This document shows positions 44,120 to 56,366 of a stretch of 64,000 nucleotides of DNA, one piece after another (positions within the stretch are counted from its first letter, which is position 1; every line of letters begins with the position of its first letter). Position numbers and translations under genes: made by a program. The notes under the pieces were generated by a model that saw only the letters and a program-made list of their open reading frames with translations, was not told where the DNA came from and made no database searches. The stretch is from Natronosporangium sp. (GTDB lineage Bacteria > Actinomycetota > Actinomycetes > Mycobacteriales > Micromonosporaceae): positions 27,904 through 91,903 of the forward strand of contig DATGPS010000035.1 in the NCBI GenBank assembly GCA_035304685.1, read 5' to 3'.

Positions 44120-44574
44120 GTCTGTCTCCGTCGCGCGTCCAGCCAGCCCTGCAGAATCTCCGCAGCGGCCACCTGATCGATCACCTTACGCTGACGCCGC
44201 CCCCGTACGCCTCGCTCGGACAGCCTACGGGTCGCCACGACGGTTGACATCCGCTCGTCGGTCATGGTTACCGGCACCGGTGCGATCACCGGCGCCAACT
44301 GGTCGGCGTACTCCCGGGCCCGCGCCGCCTGCTGCCCCTCCGCGCCGGCGAGCGTGCGGGGAAGCCCGACCACCACCTCCACCGTGCCATACTCGGCGAC
44401 CAGTCGGGCCAGCTCCGCCAGGTCGGACGGGACCGCGCCCGGGGCTGGGGACCGGTCCCGGGCCAGGGTGGTCAACGGCGTGGCGACCAGGCCGTCCGGG
44501 TCACACACGGCTACCCCGACCCGGGCCTCCCCCACGTCGATGCCGAACCGCACACCCCGCTTCACCGCCGGCAC
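44116..44574 (-). CDS. ruvX: Holliday junction resolvase-like / pre-16S nuclease YqgF
   Basis: GIDVGEARVGVA, VVGLP, DERMST and IDQVAA motifs. Confidence 0.94.
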   Translation of the reverse strand: MPAVKRGVRFGIDVGEARVGVAVCDPDGLVATPLTTLARDRSPAPGAVPSDLAELARLVAEYGTVEVVVGLPRTLAGAEGQQAARAREYADQLAPVIAPVPVTMTDERMSTVVATRRLSERGVRGRRQRKVIDQVAAAEILQGWLDARRRQT

Positions 44575-44679
44575 CCCCGGCGGTCGCGGGGAGCGTTACC
44601 TCGAGCCGGTCCCGCTACTCCACCCATCTGCGTCCACCGCCCCCCATCGGGGCCAGCGCCGGTGACCAGGACCGCTGCC

Positions 44680-47355
44680 TCAGGGCAGCGCCTGGCGGAC
44701 CGCGGTGAGCAGCTCCGGCGCCTGGGCGGCGGGTACGCCCCCGCCCTGCGCCAGCTCCGCGCTGCCGCCACCGCGGCCGGAGAGCGCGCCCTTGACCAGC
44801 TCCGCCGCGGAGACACCGCGCTCGGTCGCGGTCCGGTTCACCGCCACCACCAGCGACGCCTTGCCGCCGGAGCGGAGCGTCACCGCCACCACCCCCGGGC
44901 GGGCCGGGTCGAGCTTGCCGCGGATCTCCTGGGCGAGTGTGCGCGCGTCCGCGCTCGCCGCGCCCTCCGGCGCCTCGGTACCCACGAAGGCGGTGCCGCG
45001 GATGTCCACCGCGCCGGCCGCCAGCGACGCGGCTCCGCCGAGCACCAGCTGGGCCCGTAGCTGCTCCAGCTCCTTCTCGGCCGCGCGCAGGGCGGCAACG
45101 GTCTGCTCGACCCGGTCGGCCACCTGGTCGGGCGGGACCCGGAACAGCTCCGCCAGCCGGGAGACGAGCGCGTGCTCGCGGGCGAGGTGAGAGAAGGCGT
45201 CCAGGCCCACCAACGCCTCCACCCGGCGGACCCCCGCCCCGATCGAGGACTCTTGCAGGATCTTGACCAGGCCGAGCTGGCTGGAGCGGGCGGCGTGGGT
45301 ACCGCCGCACAGCTCCCGGGCGTAGTCGCCGACCTCCACCACCCGCACCTGGTCGCCGTACTTCTCCCCGAACAGGGCGATCGCGCCCAGTCGCCGGGCC
45401 TCCGCCTGCGAGGTGATGAAGTCGCGCACCTCCAGGTCGCGCAGCAGCACCTCATTGATCTGCTGCTCCACGTCCCGCAGCACCGACTGCGGCACCGCGC
45501 CGGGGGTGTTGAAGTCGAACCGCAGCCGTCCGGGCGCGTTCAGCGAACCGGCCTGGGTCGCCGCCTCCCCCAGGAAGTTGCGCATGGTCTGGTGTACCAG
45601 GTGAGTGGCGGTGTGGGACCGCGAGATTGCCCGCCGCCGGGTCAGATCGATCTGGGCGTACCCGGTCTCACCGGCGCGCACCTCGCCGCGTACCACCCGG
45701 GCCCGGTGGACGATCAGGCCGGGGATCGGCGACTGTACATCGTAGACTTCGACCTCACCGCTGCCCACGCGGATGACGCCGGTGTCCGGCTGCTGACCAC
45801 CGCCTTCGGCGTAGAACGGGGTAGCGTCGAGGACCAGCTCCAGCTCGGTGCCTTCGCCGGCCGCCGGGAGCGGCGAGCCGTCCGGAGCGAGCAGGGCACG
45901 CACCCGCGACTCCCGCTCCGCCTCGTGGTAGCCGGTGAACTCCACCTCGCCGCCCTGCTCCAGCACCCCCCGGTAGGACGAGAGGTCGGCGTGGCCGGTC
46001 TTACGCGCCTGCGCGTCCGCCTTTGCCCGGGCCCGCTGCTCGGCCATCAGCCGGCGGAAACCCTCTTCATCCACGCTCAGGCCCTGCTCGGCCGCGATCT
46101 CCAGGGTGAGATCGATCGGGAAGCCGTAGGTGTCGTGCAGCTGGAACGCCTGGTCACCGGAGATGTGGGTCCGCCCGGCCGCCCGGGTCTGCGCGATCGC
46201 GGTGTCCAGGATGGTGGTCCCGGCCTTGAGCGTGCCGAGGAACGCCTCCTCCTCGCCGTAGGCGTACTGCGCGATCCGGTCGTACTCGGTGATGAGCTCG
46301 GGATAGGACGGTGCCATGCAGTCGCGGGCCACCGGGAACAGGTGAGGGAAGGATGGCTCCTCGAAGCCGAGCAGGCGCATCGCGCGTACCACCCGGCGCA
46401 GGATCCGGCGCAGCACGTAACCGCGACCCTCATTGCCCGGGGTGACCCCGTCGCCGATCAGCATCAGGCCGCTGCGGACGTGGTCGGCGATGACCCGCAG
46501 GCGGATGTCGTCGGGGTGCGCCTCGTCCGCCCGGTGGGTGGCGTTCCGGCCGTACGTGGTGCCGGTCAGCTCCGCGGCCTTCGCCAGGATCGGTCGGGTC
46601 TCGTCGATCTCATAGAAGTTGTCGACCCCTTGCAGCAGCACCGAGACCCGTTCCAGGCCCATGCCGGTGTCGATGTTCTTGGCCGGCAGGTCGCCGACGA
46701 TCCGGAACTGGTCCTTGGCCCGGACGTCGGTGATCTCCTCCTGCATGAAGACCAAGTTCCAGATCTCCAGGAACCGGTCCTCGTCCACGACCGGGCCGCC
46801 GTCGGGGCCGTACTGCGGGCCGCGGTCGATGTAGATCTCACTGCAGGGCCCGGCCGGTCCGGGCTGGCCGGTGTGCCAGTAGTTGTCCTTCAGGCCGCGG
46901 CGCTGGATCCGCTCCTCGGGCAGGCCCGCGATGCTCCGCCACAGGCTCGCGGCCTCGTGGTCCTCCTGATAGACGGTCACCCACACCCGGTCGGGGTCGA
47001 AGCCGTAGCCGCCGGCGTCGGTGGGTTTGGTGACCAGTTCCCAGGCCAGCGCGATGGCCCGCTCCTTGAAGTAGTCACCGAAGGAGAAGTTGCCGTTCAT
47101 CTGGAAGAACGTGCCGTGCCGGGTGGTCTTGCCGACCTCTTCGATGTCCTGGGTACGCAGGCACTTCTGCACCGAGGCGGCGCACGGGAACGGGGCGGGT
47201 TGCTGCCCGGTCAGGTACGGGATGAACGGCACCATGCCGGCGACCGTGAACAGCAAGGACGGATCGGGCGAGATCAGCGAGGCGCTAGGTACCACGGTGT
47301 GCCCGTTCGCCTCGAAGTGCGCGAGAAACCGTCGCTTGATCTCACTCGTCCTCAT
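44680..47355 (-). CDS. alaS: Alanine--tRNA ligase
   Basis: [39 protein letters not shown] and GGG...AQGG motifs. Confidence 0.98.
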   Translation of the reverse strand: MRTSEIKRRFLAHFEANGHTVVPSASLISPDPSLLFTVAGMVPFIPYLTGQQPAPFPCAASVQKCLRTQDIEEVGKTTRHGTFFQMNGNFSFGDYFKERAIALAWELVTKPTDAGGYGFDPDRVWVTVYQEDHEAASLWRSIAGLPEERIQRRGLKDNYWHTGQPGPAGPCSEIYIDRGPQYGPDGGPVVDEDRFLEIWNLVFMQEEITDVRAKDQFRIVGDLPAKNIDTGMGLERVSVLLQGVDNFYEIDETRPILAKAAELTGTTYGRNATHRADEAHPDDIRLRVIADHVRSGLMLIGDGVTPGNEGRGYVLRRILRRVVRAMRLLGFEEPSFPHLFPVARDCMAPSYPELITEYDRIAQYAYGEEEAFLGTLKAGTTILDTAIAQTRAAGRTHISGDQAFQLHDTYGFPIDLTLEIAAEQGLSVDEEGFRRLMAEQRARAKADAQARKTGHADLSSYRGVLEQGGEVEFTGYHEAERESRVRALLAPDGSPLPAAGEGTELELVLDATPFYAEGGGQQPDTGVIRVGSGEVEVYDVQSPIPGLIVHRARVVRGEVRAGETGYAQIDLTRRRAISRSHTATHLVHQTMRNFLGEAATQAGSLNAPGRLRFDFNTPGAVPQSVLRDVEQQINEVLLRDLEVRDFITSQAEARRLGAIALFGEKYGDQVRVVEVGDYARELCGGTHAARSSQLGLVKILQESSIGAGVRRVEALVGLDAFSHLAREHALVSRLAELFRVPPDQVADRVEQTVAALRAAEKELEQLRAQLVLGGAASLAAGAVDIRGTAFVGTEAPEGAASADARTLAQEIRGKLDPARPGVVAVTLRSGGKASLVVAVNRTATERGVSAAELVKGALSGRGGGSAELAQGGGVPAAQAPELLTAVRQALP

Positions 47356-47708
47356 GGGGTGGTGTCCTCCGTCGGGTAACGCCGGCCGCGCACCTGGGTC
47401 TGCCCCCGGTCGTCCCCCCGGTCCGCCGGATCGTCGACGAACCGGTCGACGTCGTGCTCCGCCTCGACGGACTCATCGGTGAGCGCGCGGCCCTCGGCCA
47501 GGGCAGCCTGTAGCTCGAACTCGCGTTCGCGCATGCCCTCCCGTACATCATCCACGAAGTCGCGGACCGAGTCGAGCGCGTTCCGGCCGGAGTTGCGCAT
47601 CGCGGCCGCGATCCCGCGCGGCGTGTAGGACTGTGCCCGCCGGCTGACCGCGCGCACCACCAGGGCACCGATCGCCAGTCCGGCTCCGAGCCACAGTAGA
47701 CGTTTCAT
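47352..47708 (-). CDS. Small membrane-anchored hypothetical protein
   Basis: [29 protein letters not shown] helix; ATGA overlap with alaS; usual position in actinomycetes. Confidence 0.8.
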   Translation of the reverse strand: MKRLLWLGAGLAIGALVVRAVSRRAQSYTPRGIAAAMRNSGRNALDSVRDFVDDVREGMREREFELQAALAEGRALTDESVEAEHDVDRFVDDPADRGDDRGQTQVRGRRYPTEDTTP

Positions 47709-47810
47709 GGTTCCATCCTTACCCTCGTCAGCTCCACGCCCGTGGGGTGTCGTCTCTGAGCCTCTCACCCCGCCGGCGGCCGGCGTCCGCGCACCCCCGG
47801 GGCAAGGGGC

Positions 47811-48278
47811 TCAGACTCCGGCGCGGCGGCGTCGACGGACCCGGCGCCGCTCCCGCAGCTCCCGCCGGATCTGTCCCTCCTCCTCCTGCCGGGCCCGGCG
47901 CGCCGCGGCGCGGCGTACCCCGTACCCGAACGCCGCCACCTTGACCAGCGGATTGGAGGTGGCCGCGGCGACCACGGTGGCCACGCTGGCGACGCTGGCG
48001 GTGACCGTCTGGGCGTGCCCGGTGATCGTGTCCACCCGCTCCAGCTGGGCGTTCACCCCGTCCAGCGAGGTCTGCACCTGCCCCAGCGCGGTGTTGACGT
48101 TGTTCATGGTCAGGTCGGCCTTAGCGAGGATGGGTGCGGTGCGGTCGTTCAGATCCTTGAGCGCCTGGGTGGCGGCGTCGACCGTGTGCCGCAACCGGAG
48201 CAACGGCACGCTCAGCACCAGCACCAGCATCCCGAACGCTCCGGCCGCGATGAGCGCGGCGATCTCGCCACCAGTCAA
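47811..48278 (-). CDS. DUF948 / YoxC-like membrane coiled-coil protein
   Basis: GGEIAALIAAGAF TM, coiled coil and PLVKVAAFGYGVRRA. Confidence 0.85.
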   Translation of the reverse strand: MTGGEIAALIAAGAFGMLVLVLSVPLLRLRHTVDAATQALKDLNDRTAPILAKADLTMNNVNTALGQVQTSLDGVNAQLERVDTITGHAQTVTASVASVATVVAAATSNPLVKVAAFGYGVRRAAARRARQEEEGQIRRELRERRRVRRRRRAGV

Positions 48279-48435
48279 GGCGCGTCCTCCTGGTCCGTGC
48301 TGAGTATCTCGGTAACGTGCTGACCTTACCGTTTGTGACGCCAGGACGGTTCGCCCCGGTTAGGGTGTCGCCGTCGCAATACCGGGCGCGCCGGCATCCG
48401 GCCCTCCGCCGGGCCGGCGGCGGCGCACCACGTGG

Positions 48436-50967
48436 TCACTCGCCCGGCGGTGAGGTGGCCGGCGACGGGGTGGCCGGCGGGCTCGGCGAAGCCGTGCCCG
48501 CGCCGGGGTCACCGCCGGGTAGGTCGACCGGCCCGGCGGGGAGTCCCCGCCCGTCGGCCACCCGGTTCTGCATCTTGATCTCGACCACCGATCCCCGGCA
48601 CTCCTGCGGTCCGGTCGCGTCCTCGCCGTCGTCGCCCTCACCGTCGGCATCCGCATCGCCGGCTGCGGCCGTATCGTCCTCCTCCTCCTCGGCCGAGCCG
48701 CCCACCTCCGGGCGCAGGTTCAGCGGATCGTACGCGCAGTCGGGGGGGCGCACCCACAGGTCGAGCGTGTACTCGTCGCGGGTCCAGCAACTGTAGTCGC
48801 CGTCCACCTCCACCAGCGGGCAGCCCGGGACATCCCACCGGACCCACCCGGCCGCGCGCAGGGCGGCCTGGTAGACCTCGGTGGTCTCAGCCGGGTCACG
48901 CTCGGAGATGAGGGTCCGCTCCCGTAGCCGGCAGTCGATGAAGCACCACCGGCTCCCGCTGATGATCCGGTCCTCGGGCGACTGCGCCGCCCAGCTCGGC
49001 ACCCCTAGCCGGTCCAGCGAGTGCAGGACCGGGTCGCGGGTGGCGAACAGGATCCCGAAGTACAGCATGGGCGCGCCGAGCAGCATCGCCACGACCACGC
49101 CCAGCGCCATGGCTCGGACCCGCCGCTGCTCGCGCAACTGCCGGCGCAACTCCGAGCGGGCACCGCGGAAGCTGACGGCCCCGTCACCGGTGGGTCGACC
49201 GCCGGCGAGGTCCGGCGGCTCGGGCCGGGCCGCGTCCGGCGGGAGCGCCGGGCGCGGGGGCCGGCCGGCGGGCGCTGACGCCGCCGCGTGCGGCGGGCGA
49301 GCCGGCTCCGGGCGGGGGTGGGGAGACGGCTTGGGGCGCGGCTGGGCACCGGGCGATGCGGCCGGGGCCGGCTGGGCACCGCCTGGGCGGGCCCCGGGCG
49401 CCGGGGCGCCCGGCGGTGGGGCGCCGGGCTGGGCCGGCGGCGATGCCGCGGTGGTGGCCGGCTCTCGGGGCGGGGCCGGGCGCACACCGGGCTCGGACGG
49501 GGCAGCCGAGCCGGAGACCGGCGCGGCGGTGCGGGCGCCGAGGCCGGGGATGAGCGCCGTGACCGGGCCGCTGTCGGCGCCCGGAGGGCGGGGCCCACCG
49601 GCCGGCGGCCGTTCCGGGGCGCGCGCCCGGTCCCGATCGGCGTCGCCGGAGCGCGCCCCCCGCTCGCCAGGCACGGCCGGACCGGCCGGGGTACGCGGGC
49701 GGTCGGTGGGGATGGGCGCGGTGTCGTCCGCCCGCGGCGGCGCCTGTCCGGCCCGGACGCTCCGGCCGGCGGGCCCGCCCTGTGGATGCGGCGGCGGCTC
49801 GACCGGCTGCTGCCGGCGACCGCCTGCCGGCTCCGGCCGCCGACCAACCGGCTCGTCCGGTGGCCGGTCGAAGGGTGTGCCCGGCCGGCGCGGGGCTTCC
49901 CGGTCCCCGGCCGGGCGGGCCGGCGGCCGGACCATGTCCCGGGTCACCTTGGTGGTGGCGCGGCGGGGGACCGCCGGACCGGGCGGGGAGCCCGGCTCAG
50001 CGGGACGGGGCACCGCCGGACCAGGCGGGGAGCTCGGCTCGGCGCGGCGGGGCCGCCGGGCCGTCTGGTCACCCGGGGAGCGGGCCTCGCCGCCCGGCTC
50101 GGCCGGATCCGGCTCACCGGCGGCGTGCCGGCCGGCGCGGGAGGCCGGCGGCTCTTCGGGTGCGGCGTGCCGGGAGCGACGCCGCCGCGCCGGTGGTGAG
50201 TCGCTCCCGGGGGCCGGTGGCGGACCGGGCTCCGGCGGCCGCGGCGCCGGCGACCGGGGCGCGGGCGAGCGCGGGTCGACCGGGGAGTGCGGGGGCGCGG
50301 TCGGTCCCGCAGCCGCAGCCGAGCGCGGCCTCGGCGAGCGCGGCGGCACCGGTGACTGGGGCGCCGGCGAGCGGGGCGGCGCTGGAGACTGCGGCGCCGG
50401 CGAGCGGGGCGGCGCCGGCGAGCGAGGTACGCCCGGCGAGCCCGGCGGCCCGCCCGAGGCGGGCCGCTCGGTCGCCGGCAGATCGGGGGCGTGGCGGGCC
50501 CGGCGGGACCGTGGCGGCGTCGACGGCGGCCCCGGCTCCTCCGCGCCCCGGCGCTCCGGCCGGTCAAGCCGGGCCGGCCCGGCCGGCGGCGGTGCGGCCC
50601 GGGAAGGTTCGCCGGCCGGGGCGCTCAGCCCGGCCGGTCGGTCCGCCGCTGGCGTACGCGGCGGGGGCGGCGGGGGACCGCCGGAACGGGTACCACCGTG
50701 GCTGCGGCCGGCCGGTCCCCGCGGCGGCGGGTCGGTCCGGTCCGCCAGCGGCCCGGCGGGCGGTCGCGTCGAGCGGGGCGGACCGAGGCTGTCCCCGGGC
50801 CCGATGTCGGCCGCTTCCTCCTTGGCGCTGCGGAGGTCGGCCAGCCACCCCAGCTCCTCTTCGCTGGTCTCGTCCCGGTCCTTCTCCCGGCCGGCCCGCC
50901 CCCACCGGCGCAGCCGGCCACGCATCCCGGAACGCTCGGCATCGTCCTGATGATCGTCGGGCGTCAC
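48436..50967 (-). CDS. Large Pro/Arg-rich single-pass membrane protein with Cys-containing extracellular domain
   Basis: About 600 aa low-complexity N-terminus, TM ([20 protein letters not shown]), then [18 protein letters not shown]; GTGA overlap with the rarA stop. Confidence 0.72.
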   Translation of the reverse strand: MTPDDHQDDAERSGMRGRLRRWGRAGREKDRDETSEEELGWLADLRSAKEEAADIGPGDSLGPPRSTRPPAGPLADRTDPPPRGPAGRSHGGTRSGGPPPPPPRTPAADRPAGLSAPAGEPSRAAPPPAGPARLDRPERRGAEEPGPPSTPPRSRRARHAPDLPATERPASGGPPGSPGVPRSPAPPRSPAPQSPAPPRSPAPQSPVPPRSPRPRSAAAAGPTAPPHSPVDPRSPAPRSPAPRPPEPGPPPAPGSDSPPARRRRSRHAAPEEPPASRAGRHAAGEPDPAEPGGEARSPGDQTARRPRRAEPSSPPGPAVPRPAEPGSPPGPAVPRRATTKVTRDMVRPPARPAGDREAPRRPGTPFDRPPDEPVGRRPEPAGGRRQQPVEPPPHPQGGPAGRSVRAGQAPPRADDTAPIPTDRPRTPAGPAVPGERGARSGDADRDRARAPERPPAGGPRPPGADSGPVTALIPGLGARTAAPVSGSAAPSEPGVRPAPPREPATTAASPPAQPGAPPPGAPAPGARPGGAQPAPAASPGAQPRPKPSPHPRPEPARPPHAAASAPAGRPPRPALPPDAARPEPPDLAGGRPTGDGAVSFRGARSELRRQLREQRRVRAMALGVVVAMLLGAPMLYFGILFATRDPVLHSLDRLGVPSWAAQSPEDRIISGSRWCFIDCRLRERTLISERDPAETTEVYQAALRAAGWVRWDVPGCPLVEVDGDYSCWTRDEYTLDLWVRPPDCAYDPLNLRPEVGGSAEEEEDDTAAAGDADADGEGDDGEDATGPQECRGSVVEIKMQNRVADGRGLPAGPVDLPGGDPGAGTASPSPPATPSPATSPPGE

Positions 50968-52358
50968 GGCTGCTCTCCCTCTCCGGATGGGGCGGACGCG
51001 GATCCGCGGATCGCCCGGCGTAGTCGGGGCACCCGCTCGGCCAGCTCCCGCTCGGCACCGCGCCTGGTCGGACGGTAGTAGTCCCGGCCCACCAGGTCAT
51101 CGGGGGGGTACTGGGCGGCGACGATGCCCGACTCCGCATCGTGCGGGTACTGGTAACCAACCCCGTGACCGAGCCCGCGGGCGCCCGGGTAGTGCGCGTC
51201 CCGCAGGTGGCGCGGCACCGGTCCACCCGCGCCCGCGCGTACCTCAGCCATCGCCGCCCCGATCGCGGTGGTGACCGCGTTGGACTTGGGCGCGGTGGCG
51301 AGGTGGACCACCGCCTGCGCGAGGTTGAGCTGCGCCTCCGGCAACCCGACGTACTCCACCGCCTGCGCCGCGGCCGTGGCCGTGACGAGCGCGCTCGGGT
51401 CGGCCATGCCCACGTCCTCACTCGCGAAGATCACCATCCGCCGGGCGATGAACCGGGGGTCCTCCCCCGCGACCAGCATCCGGGCCAGCCAGTGCAGGGC
51501 GGCGTCCACGTCGGAGCCGCGCATGCTCTTGATGAAGGCGCTCACCACGTCGTAGTGGGCGTCCCCGGCCCGGTCGTAGCGCACCGCGGCGACATCCACC
51601 GCTTGCTCAGCGGTGGGCAGGTCCACCTCCCGGTGACCCGCGGCGCGGGCGGCGCCGGCCGCTGCCTCCAGGGCGGTGAGCGCCTTGCGGACGTCCCCGC
51701 CGGAGAGCCGGACCAGGTGGTCCTCGGCCGCCGGGGCCAGCTTCACCTCCCCCGCCAGGCCGCGCTCGTCGCGCAGCGCGCGCCGGATCAGGCCGCGCAC
51801 ATCCTCGTCACTCAACGGGCGCAGGGTCAGCAGTACGCAACGGGACAGCAGCGGCGAGATCACCGAGAAGTACGGGTTCTCGGTGGTGGCGGCGAGCAGC
51901 GTGATCGTCCGGTCCTCTACCGCGGCGAGCAGCGAATCCTGCTGCGTCTTGCTGAACCGGTGCACCTCGTCGATGAAGAGCACGGTGGCCGCGGCACCGG
52001 CCCGGCGGCGCCGGCGGGCGTGCTCGATCACCTCCCGGACGTCCTTCACCCCGGCGTTCAGGGCCGACATCGCCACGAAGATCCGTTCGCTGGACCGGGC
52101 GACCAGGTGGGCGATGGTGGTCTTGCCACTGCCGGGCGGCCCCCACAGGATCACCGACTGCGGGCTGTCACCGGCCACCAGGCGCCGCAGCGGCGAGCCC
52201 GGGGCCAGCAGGTGATCCTGGCCGACCAGTTCGTCCAGGCTGGCCGGACGCATCCGGACCGGCAGCGGCGCGTCCGGCGGTGGCTCTTCGAATGCACCTG
52301 CGCCCCCGCCTCCGGCTTGTGCCCGGGGCGCGACGCTGAACAGTGCGTCGGGCTCCAT
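50964..52358 (-). CDS. rarA: Replication-associated recombination protein A (MgsA)
   Basis: [34 protein letters not shown] and [11 protein letters not shown] motifs. Confidence 0.95.
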   Translation of the reverse strand: MEPDALFSVAPRAQAGGGGAGAFEEPPPDAPLPVRMRPASLDELVGQDHLLAPGSPLRRLVAGDSPQSVILWGPPGSGKTTIAHLVARSSERIFVAMSALNAGVKDVREVIEHARRRRRAGAAATVLFIDEVHRFSKTQQDSLLAAVEDRTITLLAATTENPYFSVISPLLSRCVLLTLRPLSDEDVRGLIRRALRDERGLAGEVKLAPAAEDHLVRLSGGDVRKALTALEAAAGAARAAGHREVDLPTAEQAVDVAAVRYDRAGDAHYDVVSAFIKSMRGSDVDAALHWLARMLVAGEDPRFIARRMVIFASEDVGMADPSALVTATAAAQAVEYVGLPEAQLNLAQAVVHLATAPKSNAVTTAIGAAMAEVRAGAGGPVPRHLRDAHYPGARGLGHGVGYQYPHDAESGIVAAQYPPDDLVGRDYYRPTRRGAERELAERVPRLRRAIRGSASAPSGEGEQP

Positions 52359-52506
52359 CCGGAGAACCATATCCCGGGTGGGGCAGCGGCTTCGAGCACC
52401 GTGGCCGGATGCACACCGCACCACCCGATCGCGAATCCGGATGCCCGCGGAGGCGGTGGCGGGCGGGCCGGGCCGCCGGCCCGCCCGCCACCGGTACCAC
52501 CCTGCG

Positions 52507-52971
52507 TCAGGTCACGCTGGTCTGCCCCTCCGGCCTCAGTTCGTCCTGGACGATGTAGCCGACCAGGCGCTCGATCCGGGCGTCCATCTTCCGGATGCTG
52601 TCGTGGACCAGGCCGAACTCCGTCTTGACATTCGCCTCGAACGAGTCCATGCGTGCCTCCAGCCGGTCGAACCGCTCGTCCACCCCGGCAAAGCGGCGAT
52701 CCACCTCATCGAAACGGCGGTCCACCTGGGCGAACCGGCGGTCCACCTGGGCGAACCGCTGGTCCACCTCGTCGAAGCGGCGGTCTACCTCATCGAAACG
52801 GCGGTCCACCTGGGCGAACCGCTGCTCCATGCGGCCGGCGAGGTTACTGACCTCCCGCGCCACCGTCTCGAGGCTCCCCTCGAGCGTGTCGTGGGCGCGC
52901 CGGCGGCCCGCCAAGTCCTGGATGACCGGCTCGAGCGAGCTACGAATCTCAGCCTCCGTCTTGTGTGCCAT
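52507..52971 (-). CDS. Heptad-repeat coiled-coil hypothetical protein
   Basis: RFxxVDx repeats; purine-rich GAAGGGA upstream of the ATG. Confidence 0.78.
   Translation of the reverse strand: MAHKTEAEIRSSLEPVIQDLAGRRRAHDTLEGSLETVAREVSNLAGRMEQRFAQVDRRFDEVDRRFDEVDQRFAQVDRRFAQVDRRFDEVDRRFAGVDERFDRLEARMDSFEANVKTEFGLVHDSIRKMDARIERLVGYIVQDELRPEGQTSVT
52633..52821 (-). repeat. 21-nt coding tandem repeat (7 good + 2 degenerate units)
   Basis: [63 protein letters not shown]. Confidence 0.9.
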
Positions 52972-53348
52972 CTTGTCCCTTCGCTACGTGCACACGATGA
53001 ACTGGCTGGACGCCCGATAATCCCGACCGCCGCCCCCCGCTGCCCCCGTCTGACGCGGCATGCTCCTCGACATGCCTACCGCTACTTATGCAGAGTCGAC
53101 GATGCGGTGAGTACCTCATCCGAAGCAAACCCAGCGCCGACCAGGCTAGTGGTCCCACGCTGTCGCCGATCGGCCATGAGCTGGGTCGTAGGTTCCGCAC
53201 CAGGTTCGGTACCGCTGACGCTATCCGCCGCGCGCCGTTACCGGCTTATCGCAATTTCGCCGAAACTGCGCCCTCCGCGCGGGCCGAGGCCGCGACTACG
53301 CGAAGGTTGCGTCAACGACGCCAAAGTCGCGCCCCTGCCACAGCGCGA

Positions 53349-55124
53349 TCATGAACCTGTGCCCTGGTTGTCCTTGGGGGGCGGGGTGGCGTCGACGCCG
53401 GCCTCGGCCCGCTGCGTGGGCGTGATCGGGGTAGGCGCACCGGTGAGCGGGTCCAGACCACCGCGGGTCTTCGGAAACGCGATCACCTCGCGGATCGAGT
53501 CGGCGCCGGCCAGCAGCGCGCAGATCCGGTCCCAGCCGAAGGCGATCCCGCCGTGCGGCGGCGGGCCGTACCGGAACGCCTCCAGTAGGAACCCGAACTT
53601 CTCCGCCGCGTCCTCCGCGGTGATGCCCAGCAGCTCGAACACCCGCCGCTGCACGTCCGCGCGGTGGATACGCAGCGAGCCACCACCGATCTCGTTGCCG
53701 TTGCAGACCAGGTCGTACGCGTGGGCGAGCGCCTCCCCCGGGGCCTGCTCGAACCGGTCGACCCACTCGTCGGTGGGGGCCGTGAACGGGTGGTGCAGCG
53801 GGGTCCACCCACCCTCGTCGCCCGGCTCGAACATCGGCGCATCCACCACCCAGCAGAACGCCCAAGCGTCCGGGTCTACCAAGCCCACCCGATCGGCGAT
53901 CTCCACCCGGGCCGCGCCGAGCAGTTCTTGCGCCTCCCGGCGGTCGGTGGACGCGGCGAAGAAGATCGCGTCACCGGGCTTGGCACCGACCGCGTCGGCC
54001 AGCCCGTCGAGGTGGCCCGGGGAGAGGTTCTTCGCCACCGGCCCGCGTGCGGCTCCGGTCTCGGCGTCCAGCAGCACGTAGGCGAGCCCCTTGGCGCCCC
54101 GGGCCCGGGCCCAGTCCTGCCAGCCGTCCAGCTCCTTGCGGGTCTGCCCGGCGCCGCCGGGCATCACCACCGCCCCGACGTACCCGCCGGCGTCGATGGC
54201 GGAGGCGAACACCCGGAACTCGGTGCCGCGCAGGTAATCGGTGAGCTCGGTCAGCTCCAGTCCATACCGGAGGTCCGGCTTGTCCGACCCGTACCGGTCC
54301 ATCGCCTCGTGCCAGGGGATCCGGCGGATCGGGGTGGGGATCTCATACCCGGCCAGTTCCCGCCAGAGCGCGCCCACGATCTCCTCGGAGAGAGCGATCA
54401 CGTCGTCGGTGTCCACGAACGACATCTCGAGGTCGAGCTGGGTGAACTCCGGCTGCCGGTCGGCCCGGAAGTCTTCATCCCGGTAGCAGCGCGCGATCTG
54501 GTAGTAGCGCTCCATCCCGGCCACCATCAGCAGCTGCTTGAACAGCTGCGGGGACTGCGGCAGCGCGTACCAGGTACCCGGCTGCAGGCGTACCGGCACC
54601 AGGAAGTCACGCGCGCCCTCCGGGGTGGAGCGGGTCAGAGTCGGCGTCTCGACCTCGACGAAGTCGTGCTGCTCCAGCACCCGGCGGGCGATCTGGTTGG
54701 CCCGCGAACGCAGTCGCAGGGCGCGCGCCGGCCCGGGCCGGCGCAGATCCAGGTAGCGGTAGCGCAGCCGGACGTCCTCCCCGACGGTGAGGTGTTCGTC
54801 CACCGGCAACGGCAGGGCGGCGCTCTCGGAGAGGACGGTCAGGTCGTCGGCCACCACCTCCACCTCACCGGTGGGCAGCTCCGGGTTCTCGTTGCCGGCC
54901 GGACGGCGGCGCACCTCGCCCGCGACCCGCACGCAGTACTCGCTGCGCAGCGCGTGCGCGGCCGGGGACTCCCGCAGCACCACCTGCACCACGCCGGAGG
55001 CGTCGCGCAGATCGATGAAGGTCACCCCGCCGTGGTCGCGTCGCCGGGCCACCCATCCGGCCAGGGTCACAGTCTGGCCGGCGTGCGTCGCGCGCAGGGT
55101 GCCGGCCTGGTGGGTACGGATCAC
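53349..55124 (-). CDS. aspS: Aspartate--tRNA ligase, probably non-discriminating
   Basis: [30 protein letters not shown] and PPHGG motifs; His in RDHG and Gly in RPAG are ND-type signatures. Confidence 0.97.
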   Translation of the reverse strand: MIRTHQAGTLRATHAGQTVTLAGWVARRRDHGGVTFIDLRDASGVVQVVLRESPAAHALRSEYCVRVAGEVRRRPAGNENPELPTGEVEVVADDLTVLSESAALPLPVDEHLTVGEDVRLRYRYLDLRRPGPARALRLRSRANQIARRVLEQHDFVEVETPTLTRSTPEGARDFLVPVRLQPGTWYALPQSPQLFKQLLMVAGMERYYQIARCYRDEDFRADRQPEFTQLDLEMSFVDTDDVIALSEEIVGALWRELAGYEIPTPIRRIPWHEAMDRYGSDKPDLRYGLELTELTDYLRGTEFRVFASAIDAGGYVGAVVMPGGAGQTRKELDGWQDWARARGAKGLAYVLLDAETGAARGPVAKNLSPGHLDGLADAVGAKPGDAIFFAASTDRREAQELLGAARVEIADRVGLVDPDAWAFCWVVDAPMFEPGDEGGWTPLHHPFTAPTDEWVDRFEQAPGEALAHAYDLVCNGNEIGGGSLRIHRADVQRRVFELLGITAEDAAEKFGFLLEAFRYGPPPHGGIAFGWDRICALLAGADSIREVIAFPKTRGGLDPLTGAPTPITPTQRAEAGVDATPPPKDNQGTGS

Positions 55125-55235
55125 GGGGTCTCCTTCGCGGTACAGACGTCAGGGGCATTCTCTCAAGCCGCCCGCGGCCGCCGGGCCGCGGGCAGCTCCC
55201 CGCCGGCCGCCCGGCCCGTGTGGTAGGACCGGACG

Positions 55236-56366
55236 ATGACCACCGGACCCGCCCATCTCGGTCCCTACCGCGATCTGGTCGACTTCGCCGCGGCGCAGGT
55301 GGAACGACCCGGCGGGGAGCTCGATCCAGCGGCGGTGCGGCGCCTGATCGGTTTCGACACCGACGGTGACCCGCTCGACGCCCGGGTGGACGCCCGGTGG
55401 TCGCGTGACGGGGTGGACGGCGAGGAGGTCTCCTGGTGGGTCGGGTACGGCCCGCGGACCCGCGCCCGGTTCCTCCGGCCGGCCGGTGCCACCGGAGCGC
55501 TGCCCGGTGTGCTGGCCCTGCATGGCCACGACGCGTACAAGTACCACGGTCTGGAGAAGATCTCCGACGGACCGGGCGGGATGGTCGGCGAGGTGGCGTC
55601 GCTGCGGGAGGCGATGTACGGCGGCCGGGCCTTCGCCAATGAGCTGGCCCGGCGCGGCTTCGCGGTGCTGGTACCGGATGTCTTCCTGTGGGGCAGCCGC
55701 CGGTTCCCCTTCGATCCCGACTCGGGGGCGCCTGCGGAGCGCTGGCTGGCCTCCGAGGACCCCGCCGACCCGGACGACGTCCGCGGGTACAACCGGCTGG
55801 CGGCGCGCCACGAGCACGTGGTCGCGAAGTACTGTACCTTGCTGGGCGTCAGCCTCGCCGGCATCGTGGCGTACGAGGACCGGGTCGCCGCGGCGTACCT
55901 CGCCGCCCGGCCGGAGGTACGGCCCGGCCCGCTCGGCTGCGTCGGCCTCTCCGGTGGCGGCTGCCGGTCGGCGCTACTGCACGCGACCTCGCCCCGCATC
56001 GGCGCCACCGTGGTGGTCGGCGCGATGTCCACCTACCCGGCGCTGCTCGACCGCCACGTCGCCGACCACACCTGGATGCTCTTCCCGCCGGGCCTGGCCG
56101 CCCGCGGCGACTGGCCCGACCTGGCCGCCAGCCGGGCGCCATCGCCGCTGCTGGTGCAGTACCTGCTCGACGATGCCCTGTTCCCCCGCGCCGGCATGTA
56201 CGCCGCCCACCAACGACTGGCGGAACGGTACGCCCGGGCCGGTGCGCCGCACGCGTACATCGGCGAGTTCTACCCCGGCCCGCACCGGTTCGACCTGGGG
56301 ATGCAGGACCGCGCATTCACCCGACTCGGCCAGTGGCTGGGCGCCGGGCCGTCAGGCCCCCAGTAA
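55236..56366 (+). CDS. Alpha/beta hydrolase (dienelactone hydrolase / acetylxylan esterase-like)
   Basis: LALHGH, nucleophile elbow GLSGGG, DALF acid and GPH His. Confidence 0.85.
   Translation: MTTGPAHLGPYRDLVDFAAAQVERPGGELDPAAVRRLIGFDTDGDPLDARVDARWSRDGVDGEEVSWWVGYGPRTRARFLRPAGATGALPGVLALHGHDAYKYHGLEKISDGPGGMVGEVASLREAMYGGRAFANELARRGFAVLVPDVFLWGSRRFPFDPDSGAPAERWLASEDPADPDDVRGYNRLAARHEHVVAKYCTLLGVSLAGIVAYEDRVAAAYLAARPEVRPGPLGCVGLSGGGCRSALLHATSPRIGATVVVGAMSTYPALLDRHVADHTWMLFPPGLAARGDWPDLAASRAPSPLLVQYLLDDALFPRAGMYAAHQRLAERYARAGAPHAYIGEFYPGPHRFDLGMQDRAFTRLGQWLGAGPSGPQ

Noticed and set aside
52633-52821. 21-nt repeats as a possible CRISPR array
   Set aside because: The units are contiguous and in frame with no unique spacers, and there are no cas genes.
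52949-53354. Small ORFs (83 and 88 aa) between aspS and the heptad gene
   Set aside because: They have no clear RBS or motifs and overlap the flanking genes.
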